64,000 nt of DNA, taken from positions 2,728,001 through 2,792,000 of the forward strand of contig JBLDXI010000019.1 of NCBI GenBank assembly GCA_047495785.1, read 5' to 3'. Positions within the stretch are counted from its first letter, which is position 1. Each line of letters opens with the position of its first letter. The position numbers were made by a program, and so were the translations under genes. Positions 36,344 to 48,241 of this stretch are shown here, in pieces. The notes under the pieces are model-generated. The model did not search any database, had not been told where the DNA came from, and saw only the letters and a program-made list of their open reading frames with translations. Source of the DNA: Lepidodermella squamata. Lineage: Eukaryota; Animalia; Gastrotricha.

Positions 36344-39300
36344 TTATTTGTTTTTACTACCGCTCCCGGATTTATCTTTGCTGCCAGACCTCCCAATTTG
36401 CGACAAGCTGTTGCCAAAGCCTTTGAAACCAGTTTTCAATGCTGAAAACATGTTCTCAGCTTTCAGCGACGCCTCGGCCTTCAATTTCTCCTTCTTGCTA
36501 GAAGTTGTTGAGGAGGATGATGCCGCTGAATGGACAGAGCCTGATGCAACCGATGAAGAAGCACTCATCGCAACAGGGGCTTCTTTAGCGGTTTGCTTCG
36601 TAGAGCTGCTCTTTCTCTGTGTCGTTGGGGTATTTGTTGCAGAAGATGCCCCAGATGACCGCGAGAAAACTCCCGTTGTAGTAAGGGATGACTTCTTACT
36701 AAGCTCAGGATGAGGTGGTAGCTGAACGTTTCCATTCACAATTGACGGATTGTGGCCTGTGTACGTTGGGGATGGCTCGCTGATTAATGAATTTCGAAAT
36801 CCCAAGGGTGGAGTGGTGGCTAGCGGCGATGAAGACCAACTGCCGCTGTTTGCTCGCTCGGCGAAGAATCTTTCAACTTGACTATCACCTTTGATCGCGG
36901 CATAGCTGCAATTTATCAGCCTAGGAAATGGTAAAACTCATTTAATTGGCTGGATTGATATTGATGAGGCTCACAATGGTGAAAGTGGGTGAATGGACAC
37001 AAGGGAGGGGTAGACAGGAGGCAAAGCCAGGGCCATCCAAAAGAGAGCCCTTGATAACAATTATTTGCGATAACAATTATGGATCCCAGGGTGGCCCAGG
37101 CTTGATTTGTTAATTTGTAACTTACTTTGGACTCTCAGGTACATTGCTAAGTAGCAAGCTGAGGCCTTCGCATGGCAGCAAGTCCTCATGGCTCGAAATG
37201 TCAATAGATCCATGCGACATCATTCTTGCCATCTTTTGACTATTGGCCATGGGCGGTAGTTTCAACTCCATGTAATTCTTGTCGCTGATAACATCCGTCG
37301 CACATTGTTGAATGATAGCCCAGTCTCGGCCGATATCTTCGGGCGTAGTATGAGTTGATGTAACGACAAAGCGAATAACGTAGACTCCCTTCAGACTGGC
37401 TGGAACGCAATGTAAGCGGCGATCTTTATTGATAGCTTTCAGAAGGCGTTCAGTTTGGCAGTTTTCTCCTTTTAGGCGGAATACAGTCAGCCCGAGATGC
37501 CGCTTGGCAGGGATCTCGAATCTGGTATCCTTTGATACCAGTTGCTCGAACTGTTTTGCCCTTTCGATTCCCTGTCTTATGTGATTTTGAAGGCCCGCAA
37601 CTCCAAACGATCGGATTACAAACCACAGTTTCAGGGAACGGAAACGTCTACTCAGCGGTATTTGCCAATGCTTTGAATATAAAAAATGAATAATTTATCG
37701 CAAACTGTACTGAGATAAACTTACCATGTAGTCTATCGCAGCTCCAGCTTTGTCGTGTTGCAGATAGAGAGGATCGACATTGAATGTTCGATGGAGCAAT
37801 CTTGAATCATCCACCCTTATGATGAAATTAACAATTCCTTACCATGTAGCAAGATCAATCATTTTTACAAAGTGAAATGGAACTAATACAATTTTCAATG
37901 ATTGAAAAACTGAGGGACAGTGGGGGCTCAAGAACTAAGGAAATCACTCACCACATGGCCGTGCAGTCAAAATGGACCATCAGATACTTGCTAGGGTTGA
38001 ATGCAAAGGATTGAGCGTGCTGTATGCCCTTCATAAAGTGCTGAAACTCCGGGCAGATGAACGTAGACCCAGCGTAAGCTGCATCAACATGCAGCCAAAG
38101 GCGGTACTCCTCACATACAACGGCTATCTCTTCAAGGTGATCGAAGGCACAGCACCCTGTGGTGCCCAATGTAGCGCAAACATAAAAAGGCACTTTCCCA
38201 CGGTTTATGTCTTCAATTATTGCGTCCTCTAAAGTTTTCCCTCGAAGACCATAATCTTCTCCACTAGGCAGGATTCGGAGCTCGATCAATGAAGCGTAGC
38301 ATGCCTTCTCCACGCTTGAGTGAGCCTGATCGGAACAGTAGGCTACGAGCCTACTCGACAGTTCCCCTCGCCACTTCGCGAAAGCTTCGCTGATGTTCGC
38401 GCCATTGTTATTCGCATTATCGCTAAAATTAGGCGGCATTTGCTGCGCGATTACGCTGTTCCGCGCCGCTAGGATCGATACGAATGTGGCATCACTGAGT
38501 GTCGACTTGAGAGCGAGTAAATGTTTATCTTTAAAATGAATTAGTGTCAATTATACCTGGATGATGCCGCCGCCTGCTGTTCGACTGGCTGTGTGGATGA
38601 ATTTGTCGGGTAGGTTTACCATTCTGGCCAGCCAATCCATAACAAGTGCCTGATGGGTGCAGAGCAATCAAATGAAGACATTAATATAATGATCAAGTGA
38701 CAACGTATAAATTTAACTTACTTCAAGCTCGGTGCAAGCTGGACTAGATGCCTGAAATAAGAAGAATTGAAACGTGACATGAGCAATCTTGATTTCGATA
38801 GGACAAAAAAGGTGCGTAAAATTGGAATAAAATGATTCAGTGAAGAACAGCCCAATTTTTAAGCATTTTCCAGTTTCCCTAAGCTGGGAAATAAACGAGA
38901 ATACTCGCGAATAAGCCCTCCACATCACTAGTTCTAAAATATGTGAAATCTGGCAAAGCCGAAATTGGTGTTCCAATAAAATCGCAGAATCTTTTTGGGT
39001 GAAGGTTGGAAATTTACCCAAGTAAATCCAATGCAGTTGATAGCGTCAGACAGCATATCTCCAAGCAATGAAGGATACGAATTTAGTGCCGGAAAATAGG
39101 CGTGCATATGCGGGCTTTGCCAATGGGTAACTCCCGGCATGATAACTCGATCGATATCGCCGAATATCTCCGACCAAGGTTCGCCCTTTTTCGGGGGCTC
39201 GCTGGGTACGAGACCTCGTAAGTACCCTGGCTCAACATCTGGCATAACACGCCGATTTCGGATCGTCTCTAGGTAGTTGGCGATATAATCTGTCAACTCC

Positions 39301-39386
39301 GCCGCTGAATAAATCAATTAATGAAATACGAATGTATCGGAGAATAACTCGAACTTACCTGCTTTTTTGTACTCTTCGGAATTCAT
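36344..39386 (-). CDS. Hdc: Histidine decarboxylase (PLP-dependent group II), 8 exons
   Basis: MNSEEYKK..., [40 protein letters not shown](PLP Lys)[23 protein letters not shown] (Ser as in HDC, Gly in DDC) and C-terminal [11 protein letters not shown]; GT-AG exons join in frame. Confidence 0.88.
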
Positions 39387-40910
39387 TGTCACTGTTGAAC
39401 CGATATTTTGTTGTTTGAACTATTTAGCATCCACTTTTTTGTGACATGACATCTGGATGAATAAATCGAATTGTCTGGAAGAAGCAACGACTAAATCGGA
39501 AAAATCTATGAATATCAATGGTGGACGCGCGTGTTCAGAATGCACCAGATTAGCTAACAGAAGGGTGACATAATAAATAAGAGGCGTGTTTGCAATTCTA
39601 ATTAACCTCCATTAAGACAAATGCTGTTTTCGATCAGACGTTGAAGGAGCGGAGAAAATTACCGCCGGAAAATGATATCACTCGAATAAGTGCAGTTAAT
39701 AGCGACAATATATCAATAAAATGAAAACAGTGCCTAGTTTTATTGAGCAGCAGCAAGGCTGAAGGATGAATGCAGATAACCGCTAGCCTTATGACGGGCG
39801 GGTGCAGTGCAGCGATTGCTAATCGATAATGCCTGAAAAACAGTGATCGACATTGCAGTGGCAGTTAATCGCATTAAACGGAGTGTCTATGACACATCGG
39901 CTCAACGCTTTCGTGTTAGAAAAAACACATGAAGAATACCTTCATTCGCTCGTAGCCTTACTGTAGTGCGTGAAAAAAAGAAACGAATAAAACATAAGGC
40001 CGAATGATCCGAGGTAAAATTCTTGAAAAAATTCAAGTGAAATTAAACATTGAATTTACTATAATGAGATAAGACAATAATAGGTATATTTTGACTAGCA
40101 AAACGAGCCACGTGTTATATCAACCCAATTTTATTGGAAATATGACAGACACAGACGATGAAAAATGTAAATTAGGGCGGAAGGACACATGAACAAGCAA
40201 TCTTTTCGGTCAAGTTATCGGTATTCTCCGTTCGCAGAGTGCGCTGTTCACGATGCTGATTGAGTCGACGCTGTTTCGCGATGGAGGAAGGTCAGTTCGG
40301 TTGTAATTGCAACCAGCAGCTCGCCATTTATATGGCTTGTTCAGAGTTGGCCTGATCTCACCCTAAAAGCAATTACAAATGAATGACAAATCAATGAATA
40401 TTTTTATCAAAACGAGCCATTGAAATTGTCACGTGGATAATTAAATTTCATTTTAGCCTCGCTGTCAACAAGCTAGTTAAATAGATTCCAACTCGACTTT
40501 AAAAACACCACAAGTACGAGATTGGCAAAATTATCAGAAATGGAAACATATTCCGTCTAATATTGAAATTGATAAGCCTTTTTGCCTATGCTCCCTTTTC
40601 TATAATAGCAATTGGATTCCTTTTTTTAAACAATACCTATTATTATGCGAGTTGAGCGTTGCATTGCTATTCTCATGCCCAAGTTTCAATTTGAAAACTT
40701 CGACGTCCCTAGACCTTTTTTGCTAACTCAGCGTGATGTTGTTATCACAATTCTCGTGCTTATTCTTGTGTAAACCACGATGTTTAGCAATGATCTGCAC
40801 CTGTCTGCCAAGTTCTTTACCTACGCGTTAAAGAAAAAACGCAGGTCGTCAAAAACAATTAAAAAACGCATTACTTCTCACTTATTTGAACGTGATAAAC
40901 GTGATCAACA

Positions 40911-42825
40911 ATGCATTATTACTCGACTGCTCTTTTTATTGTCCTCGCTTGCACATATCATACTTTGGTTGAATGCTTGCCTAGTTATGCCTCGCAATTA
41001 CCGAATGGTAACCGAGTTCCCGATCCGTGTAACCGCAGCCTGGTTTGGGCCGGGGTTGGCCATCAAAACTCGCAAGGTTCGGGTGAACTAAACTCGTTTG
41101 GTCTTGATTTTTCTCGAGCCGGAAAAAAATGGACGCGGGAACTGTGTCAAAAAGACAGTGATGGCGATGGGGTGACTAATGGCCAGGAATTGGGTGATCC
41201 GAACTGTAACTGGACCCCAGGAAGCCCCCAGCCTATCTCAACCAATATCACACACCCAGGTGTTTGTGAACCCACGGATGCCCCGATATGCAAGGGGAAG
41301 GTCGATTTTCTGGCTGCCCTTAACTCTCAATGCCAAACAGCGGGTAACGCAAATGCCTGGTGCCCAGCAATCAATGATGAAGGCGTTAAGGTATATGACA
41401 TGAGGTTCCGAAACTATTCGGTTCCTTTGGCTGAAACAGCTTACGACTGCATGGAGTTTCAACTGCCGGAAAATGATGATTACGAAATCATCGCCGTAAG
41501 TTTTTGATCAAAATTTTTAGAAGCAAAGGCGATTATTGCTAAATTAGTACAACGCGATCTATGAAAACCCTGAATTCGTTCATCACATGGTTGTAGTTGG
41601 CTGCCCGTCCCCGGTTGAGCAGAAACAGCTCGCAGAAACAAACGGCCGATTCAAAACTCCCAGCCGATGCAGTATGGGATCAACACCATGCTTGACCCAA
41701 GTTGTTCGCGGATCTGGGTACTATTGTTACGGCGACGATGTGGGCGTTGCATTTGGCAAGAGCTTCTTCGGCAAGTCCATCCTACAGATTCATTACACGA
41801 ATCCTCAGAAGAAAACTGGAAAGATCGACTCATCAGGGGTGATGCTTTACTACCAAAAGATCAAGCGACCTAACAAAATCGCGATTCTAACCCTTGGCCA
41901 AAAGTTGCTACAACTTGCCCCGCAAACGCCGAGGATATCAGTGAAAAGCGAGACTTTCAAGGACGATTGCAGTGTCAAGACTTTTGGCGGTCCTGGCAAG
42001 AAATATTCCCTAAGAGCCGCTTACTTCCATATGCATCAAACGGGGAGCTACGCCAAGGCTTATCTTAACAAAAAATCGACTGGTCAGCGAATTGTTCTGG
42101 CTGATATGTCCTTTTCCTACGACAGACAGCCCAGATCCGACTGGACTGCGGAAAACGCCCCGATAATCGAAGCTGGTGATGGCTTTGAGATCGAATGTAT
42201 CTTCAACACGACAGGCCGTGATACATGGACATTTTACGGCGAAGGAACTTACGAGGAAATGTGTTATCTATCGTTGGACATCACACCACCGGTTAATGAT
42301 AATTACAATTTAAATGGAGTTGAATTCGGTGGCATCGACTGGTGCTCGCTAACGTTGCCGACTTTCAACAACTGCTCAACAGCTGAATTCATGAAGAAAG
42401 TGAATGAAGTGAAAGAATTAGGTAGTTTCCAGTCGGAATGTTTATGCTCGGTCTACCCAGTGACAGCTTGCTCGAGGCGCTGTTACGATTTTCTGACCAA
42501 AACTGGCTTTATCAACATGAGACAATGCCTTGACACGCCGGCAATCTTCCGACTTGGCCTGGGGAAAGAATGGCCTGATCGCTTCAACATCAAAGACCAT
42601 TTAGCGATGTGTTTCAGGCTATCACAAGCCCCGATTTCAGAGGCGAAATGTGACACAGGTAAACTATTGCCTTTTTACCGCCCTAAAACACCAATTTTCT
42701 GTCTTTTTTACCCAGCCGAAATGAAAACCTTGGATGAACCAAAGAAAAACGGAGCATCGATTATTCTTGGAGCGGGATATTTCCTAACTTTTTGGGCTGT
42801 TTACGTCGCAGGGCAGCAATTTTGA
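40911..42825 (+). CDS. Copper type II ascorbate-dependent monooxygenase (DBH/TBH/MOXD-like) with N-terminal temptin domain (intron 41496-41547; probable in-frame intron 42659-42715)
   Basis: Signal peptide; temptin motifs LPNG..VPDPC...GVGH...NSFGLDF...DSDGDGVTNGQELGDPNC; Cu ligands VHHM, QIHY, HMH and EEMC; hydrophobic C-terminus. Confidence 0.88.
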
Positions 42826-42903
42826 GCCTAAAATCTGGGATTTTGAGGACGAAACATGGATCTGGAAAGAGTTAGTTCTGTTGACAGAATACCGCTGAGC
42901 GAA

Positions 42904-44367
42904 TTATTTGCTTTTGAAAGAAATTTGAATAAAAAATGAAGAAGCAACACTTACGGTATCCAAAGTGTCTTGTTGCTGAGTATCAATTGAGAGGATCATA
43001 TCCTTCAGGGACAGGCCATACATTCCGCACAAAGGTTGGTTTACTGCATCACCCGGGCTAGCCAAGTCTCGGGTATCGAACGGCCATGGCGCATTTGCCA
43101 AGGTCGACCCATCACGTAAGAGCCAAGCCATATTGGAATTAGGCCGAATGAGGCCAAACCAGAAAAAGTTGGCTTTCACACGATTTTCAGGCGGTCCGGC
43201 CAGTTGAACAGACCCATCCACGAGATTCATGGCCTTCGTATCGTCATCAGTCGTTAAAACCATCGCTAAATCACCGCCTTCGTTCTGACAAGCCGCTATC
43301 GCTTGGTACCAGTTGTATGGGCCAATTAGAATGAAGAATGACCGGGTGTAATTTTTCGCCGATCTTTGCGACGAGCTTGATAGATATGGCAGAGATGAAT
43401 TGGAGCTGGAAGATGAGTAGTATTGTTGGCTTGAATCACTGGCCCAATACCACGCTGGCTGATACTGATCTTTACCGGTCGATGAGCTCTTGCTATTGGC
43501 CTGGTAACGGACCATAATATTATAGAAAACCTGAAGAATTTCATTTAAAAACTTACCAATCCTAGTCCTTGAATCACAGCCAACGGAACTCCAACTGCTA
43601 GAGCTGTTACGATAATAGCAAAACCAAACGCCATCCAGCCAATTCGACACCTGCATCTGTATCGAACTTCTGGATCTTCCCACTCGAAATCATCAATAGT
43701 TGCACCGGGAGGGATATTTAAGAGAGCCGCAAAAGTCGCCGCAGGGCCACCTTGGGCTAAAGCTGGTCCTATCTGGTTCGGAAGGATAATTTTCGGGGCT
43801 CGCCTTGGCCCCCGCCTGGCCATCTCTTTCGGAAGATTTTTCGCTGTCCGTATCTTATCAGCCTTCGTTTCGGCCTCCGTATCAACGGGGAAGGCCGAGA
43901 CACCATTTGGCGTTAACTCGTTCACCGATCGACACATAGGACATCTGATAATGAGGACTTGAGTTGGTAGGGCAGGTTCTGGGGCGTTAGTTGTCTCGTC
44001 CACTTGATTAGGGCTGGTTGGTGTGGGCCTGGATTGTTCTGGTGGAGGTTTTATTATCATTTCCCGGTCCATCTGTTCGAGGCAATCGAGGCAGAAGGCA
44101 TGGGTGCAGTTGGGTAGGCGCCGGGGTGAAATGAAGAGTTCAAAACATATAGAACACGTTGCTGCTTCCTGATAGAAAAATATCACAAACAAGCAATAGA
44201 AAATCGAAATAATTTTTAAAAATTTGCGAAACCGTGTTTGGGATAGTCAGACTAACCTCTTCTGCATCTGTGGGCTGTTTAGGTTCCTTCTTATCCTTGC
44301 TTTTCACAGCCTTGCTGTTGGTTTTATTGCTGGTCCCACTCGCTGGGGTTGTTTTATTAGCAACCAT
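42904..44367 (-). CDS. RING finger - transmembrane - C-type lectin-like protein (exons 44367-44257, 44168-43557, 43500-42955 or 42904; 3' end uncertain)
   Basis: C3HC4 RING CSIC...CTHAFCLDC...CPMC, TM IGWMAFGFAIIVTALAVGVPLAVI, CTLD motifs NWYQAIAACQNEGGDLA and FWFGL; phase-0 GT-AG junctions link the ORFs. Confidence 0.75.
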
Positions 44368-44706
44368 TTTTCAACAGCTCGATTCCGCACTAAATTCACT
44401 TGATTTGATACATAGTTAAAATACTAACTCGAAGTTTCTTTCACAATTTTCTTGGATTATCTGCTTCATTCAGCTAAGGGCAATTATTGAATGCGACAAA
44501 ACTGAAAAGGCTCTAGCAACCGTTTTTTCATGGATCGCTTCAAAAGAGAAAGGATGGACCCCATTCATGGTTTTCTGAATGGGCGTATAACTACGTTTTT
44601 GCTTGAAAAAAGCTGCGACTTTATTAAAGACACCTTCGATTTCATTCCAGGTCAACATAAAAGATAATACAAATTACAAAACGACAGCCTGATTTCGTTT
44701 GTCCAG

Positions 44707-45030
44707 TTATTCGTGTTTCAACGCGATGGATGTCATAGAAAAGTAGATGATGAGAGGAGCCGTGAAGCAAAGGAAAATCATGACGGAGAACAACATCATG
44801 CAGCCGTGTTTCAGGGTACAGCAACAAGCAGTGGAATCGCTTTTCACCTTCATCCCACCATCCTCTTCTGATATCGACGAAGTCTCTGAACGTAGGTCGA
44901 CAATGTAAGGCGGCTCGAAGGGCTTAATCTTGATTATGAGTTTGGCCTGTTGTTCAAGGTTTAGCTCACTGCCTTGCATGGTCGCATCTGAATCCATGAT
45001 CTCTTCGTAACTAGGCGGCGGCAAATTCAT
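44707..45030 (-). CDS. Small tail-anchored membrane protein with PPxY motif and Cys cluster
   Basis: MNLPPPSYEE...EPPY...ACCC...single C-terminal TM helix. Confidence 0.6.
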   Translation of the reverse strand: MNLPPPSYEEIMDSDATMQGSELNLEQQAKLIIKIKPFEPPYIVDLRSETSSISEEDGGMKVKSDSTACCCTLKHGCMMLFSVMIFLCFTAPLIIYFSMTSIALKHE

Positions 45031-45749
45031 AAAATTATTGAAAATTTGAGATCTGATAATGTTCACATTTAAAACTCGATTTATATAGCTACGCTAAGAG
45101 TGTCGGTTGAAGCCATGCCGATTTGTCGAATAATCAAGGCCGCCATTAAGTAGACCCCGTCATCACAAGTGTCTTGCGTGACTCGCAAATGCGATAAGCT
45201 GAGATGATCCTGGCTTACAATAATTGATGATCATTAACAACACACTTGAGCGAGTGCGCGTGGACTGAAAAGCGAGGACTCAACGATCCATATATTTCCA
45301 AACTCAATATACCTAAGTTCTCGTTCCTGTTTTCTGTAGATTTTAGGTGGAGCTTCACAACAATTCTTCAAACGTAGAACTTCTATGTTTTTTCTGAACT
45401 ACGTGGAGAATGTAGTTATCAGCGGGTCTTGTATCCGATCTTGTAATAGCAACGAATAAAATGTGAAATATGGAGTGAAAAAAAATCCACCTTAAAAGTC
45501 CATTGTTTCGAATGTTTTCTTTCCATTGCTTTCATGTGTTTTAATATCAAATTTCACGCAATTTTATCTTCTTCGGGTCATTTTTGAATCACGAAATTGT
45601 CCACTGAGATCTGCTGGATTTCTCTGTGGTTCCCGTATTTTTAGTAAGTTTGATTTACAATCATTTTTATCCATTTTTCCATACGAAACCGTTTTGAGAC
45701 GCAGTTGTATTCAAATACTTAATCCCCCCATTATTCAAATTTCCAGACA

Positions 45750-46164
45750 GATGAAGAAGAAAGTGGCCCCATCAGGTTTGGACTTGAAAGCGTTTCTAGG
45801 AGGTACAAGAAATGGCACATCACGGTTGGCTCAATTCAAAATGATCGAGTCATGGGCGGATAACTTTCCAGTCGTGCGCCAAGATTCCAATCGACTTCGA
45901 GTGCTGAACGTCGCAAAGAAATTCGAAAAAGATCATGCAAGTAAAAGGGGCCAGGACAGGATCGATCACAAAATGAAGAAGTTTGAGATTGAAATTGATA
46001 TCGATGAGCAAGAGTTGGCGAAGCGAGATAATATGCCGGCTCAAATCAAATCGAATATCGGCACCGCATCAGACGTTAGTAGAGATACGAATTTCGAGGA
46101 GTATTCAGAGAATCAACCTCTTCTACTTGCCGCCTGCTCTACGGAACCTTTGCCCCAGAAATAA
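45750..46164 (+). CDS. Hypothetical hydrophilic protein or exon
   Basis: Charged coding-like ORF starting after the acceptor-like tttccagacag|ATG; no family recognised. Confidence 0.35.
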
Positions 46165-46870
46165 ATGAAAATGGACGGCAAATCTGAGATCAAAATACCG
46201 ATAACAGAGATGCCGACAACGCCTAACAAATCCACTACGGTTGCACCGGCTAAATCACTTCGCTCTCTATATGCTGGATCAAATTACACACTGAGCCACA
46301 ATTATGAGCTTTTCCCATGTTTCCCCTCGAGGTTTACTGCCTTTCTTTAATGCCGTTCATCATATAAAAATATTTCATATTTTCTGGTTATATCCCAATC
46401 CCAATGTCAAACTTGTAGACTGTAGACCGAACTCCCTAATAAACAAGCGATTGAATCAGGGAATTGTTCAACTGCGTTTGGAATTTTATCTTCCAGATAA
46501 TAAAGGCGGCATGTGAAAGATGAAGAACTGTGATTCCTTCCGAGGTTTCTGTCGGTCACTTTTAGATATCAAACTCTCCTTGGGAAAGTGCCGCAATGAA
46601 AAGTCATATTTTTATTGCCGGCTAATCAGCGTCGCGCCATATCAGCTCGATTACGAAGTGTGATACGTGACATGAAAAAACACTACAAGAATAATTGAAT
46701 GACGGTTTTGTGTTTATACCAGAAAGGCTAGCCAACTCATTTTTCGGTACATTAAGCCGTAGTATGACTGGGCTAGGAGGTATGCAGTGACCGCGACACA
46801 CAAACACTTGTCACTTCAGCATACGAAATACACAGATATTATAATTTGACAATTGATCCTGCTCTGAAAA

Positions 46871-47810
46871 ATGGCATCGTGCTGGAAACGAACATTTATC
46901 CGCGGGAAACGAATTTTACGCGTTGCGTTCATGGTATGTTTCCCCTAGAAATTCTTGAAAACATTTATTGATGAACAATTTTTAGATCCTAACATGCGGC
47001 TTACTATCACTTCTGCTATGGGGTCCTTTTACACTGGAACATATTGTGAAATATCTACCTCTAAACGTCATCAACAAGCTGAGCAAACTAACCAAAAGTA
47101 TCAATCAAATAGCAACTCTCAACGTGATTCATCTCGGTATTATCGGATATGCCTTCCATCGACTGCCGAAGAAAAACCAATACGCAAGAAGTAGCGTGAA
47201 AAAACGGAAAATAGCTGCAATAGCGGTAAACTCTTGAAAAAATCTCACCAAAATCTATTAATATCAAAATGTATTATAACACTTCGAATAGGTTTCTGCA
47301 TTATTCATCCTTGCTGAATGCGTTTCAATGTTCCTGATGTCAGGCTACTTATTCAGTAACAAGGAATGGGTGGGTTACGCATAATTTACAATGTTATCAC
47401 CAATTTACCGATTTTTTCATCAGGTAACCAGCCAGGTTCGAAGCAAAATGTTGTTAGAACTCAATTATCTATCAATGCCGAAGCCAGACGAGGCCAATCC
47501 GATATTTCTGAACAAAACTAACATTTTACTATCCTACGCTGTCGAAACGTATTCATGCTGTGGCGTTGTTAACGAGCCAAACTGCTCACTGACTCATAAA
47601 CCAGTTGATGTTTGTAAAATTGGAGCGAAGGCTTGTTCACCCGGCTGCCTCCACTACGTCACGCAGCGTAACTTGATGCCTTACATGGATACGGTATCTG
47701 GCGTTGGTTTCACAATTGGATCGTTCGCTTTCATCGAACTGATTTTGGAACTTCGTAAAATTGGAAAAACCATCATACAAGAAGGACGCGGATCGGAGTT
47801 GACTTATTGA
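46871..47810 (+). CDS. Divergent tetraspanin (exons 46871-46933, 46986-47225, 47292-47369, 47424-47810; ~255 aa)
   Basis: Four phase-0 exons give TM segments with Glu in TM3/TM4 and an EC2 containing CCG plus four more Cys ending in GC. Confidence 0.78.
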
Positions 47811-48241
47811 TAATTCAAGTGATCACCTTACATTTTTCTACTGCGATAAACATCGAAAGCAATTAAAGCAAAATCATTCATCGCATTTTATTCAGTCTTC
47901 AATGCTGGAATTGAAATTGAATCCATGTTTCAAGGATATATCTGCCCCACTTTTTCGAGTTCCTTGCCTACCCGGAGTTAGATTTGTTAAGAGTTAGAGA
48001 AGAGTAGTTCAACTATTCCGGATTTCGTGATACATGATCTAGCGTATAACTAGCTTCATTTTTAATCGAGTCTTATGACATACCCCGCCGACAAATTACG
48101 TAGGTACAACGCGAGTTCGGCTCATGGTCGAAATTCAATGCAGCTCATTAAAAGTCTCCCGTACGCTGCTCATTATTAAATATTATTTTATGTGAGTTTC
48201 GATAGCCATAAGCTACTAGTTCGTTTGAAAGAAACCGAAAA

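Noticed and set aside
36344-39386. Calling the decarboxylase Ddc or Tdc
   Set aside because: NPSK, PLSRR and HMHAYFPAL motifs match HDC; DDC/TDC have NPHK/NPNK.
43531-43556. 26-nt micro-intron in the RING-lectin gene
   Set aside because: In frame, but the alternative acceptor at 43501 gives 56 nt, matching the local intron size mode.
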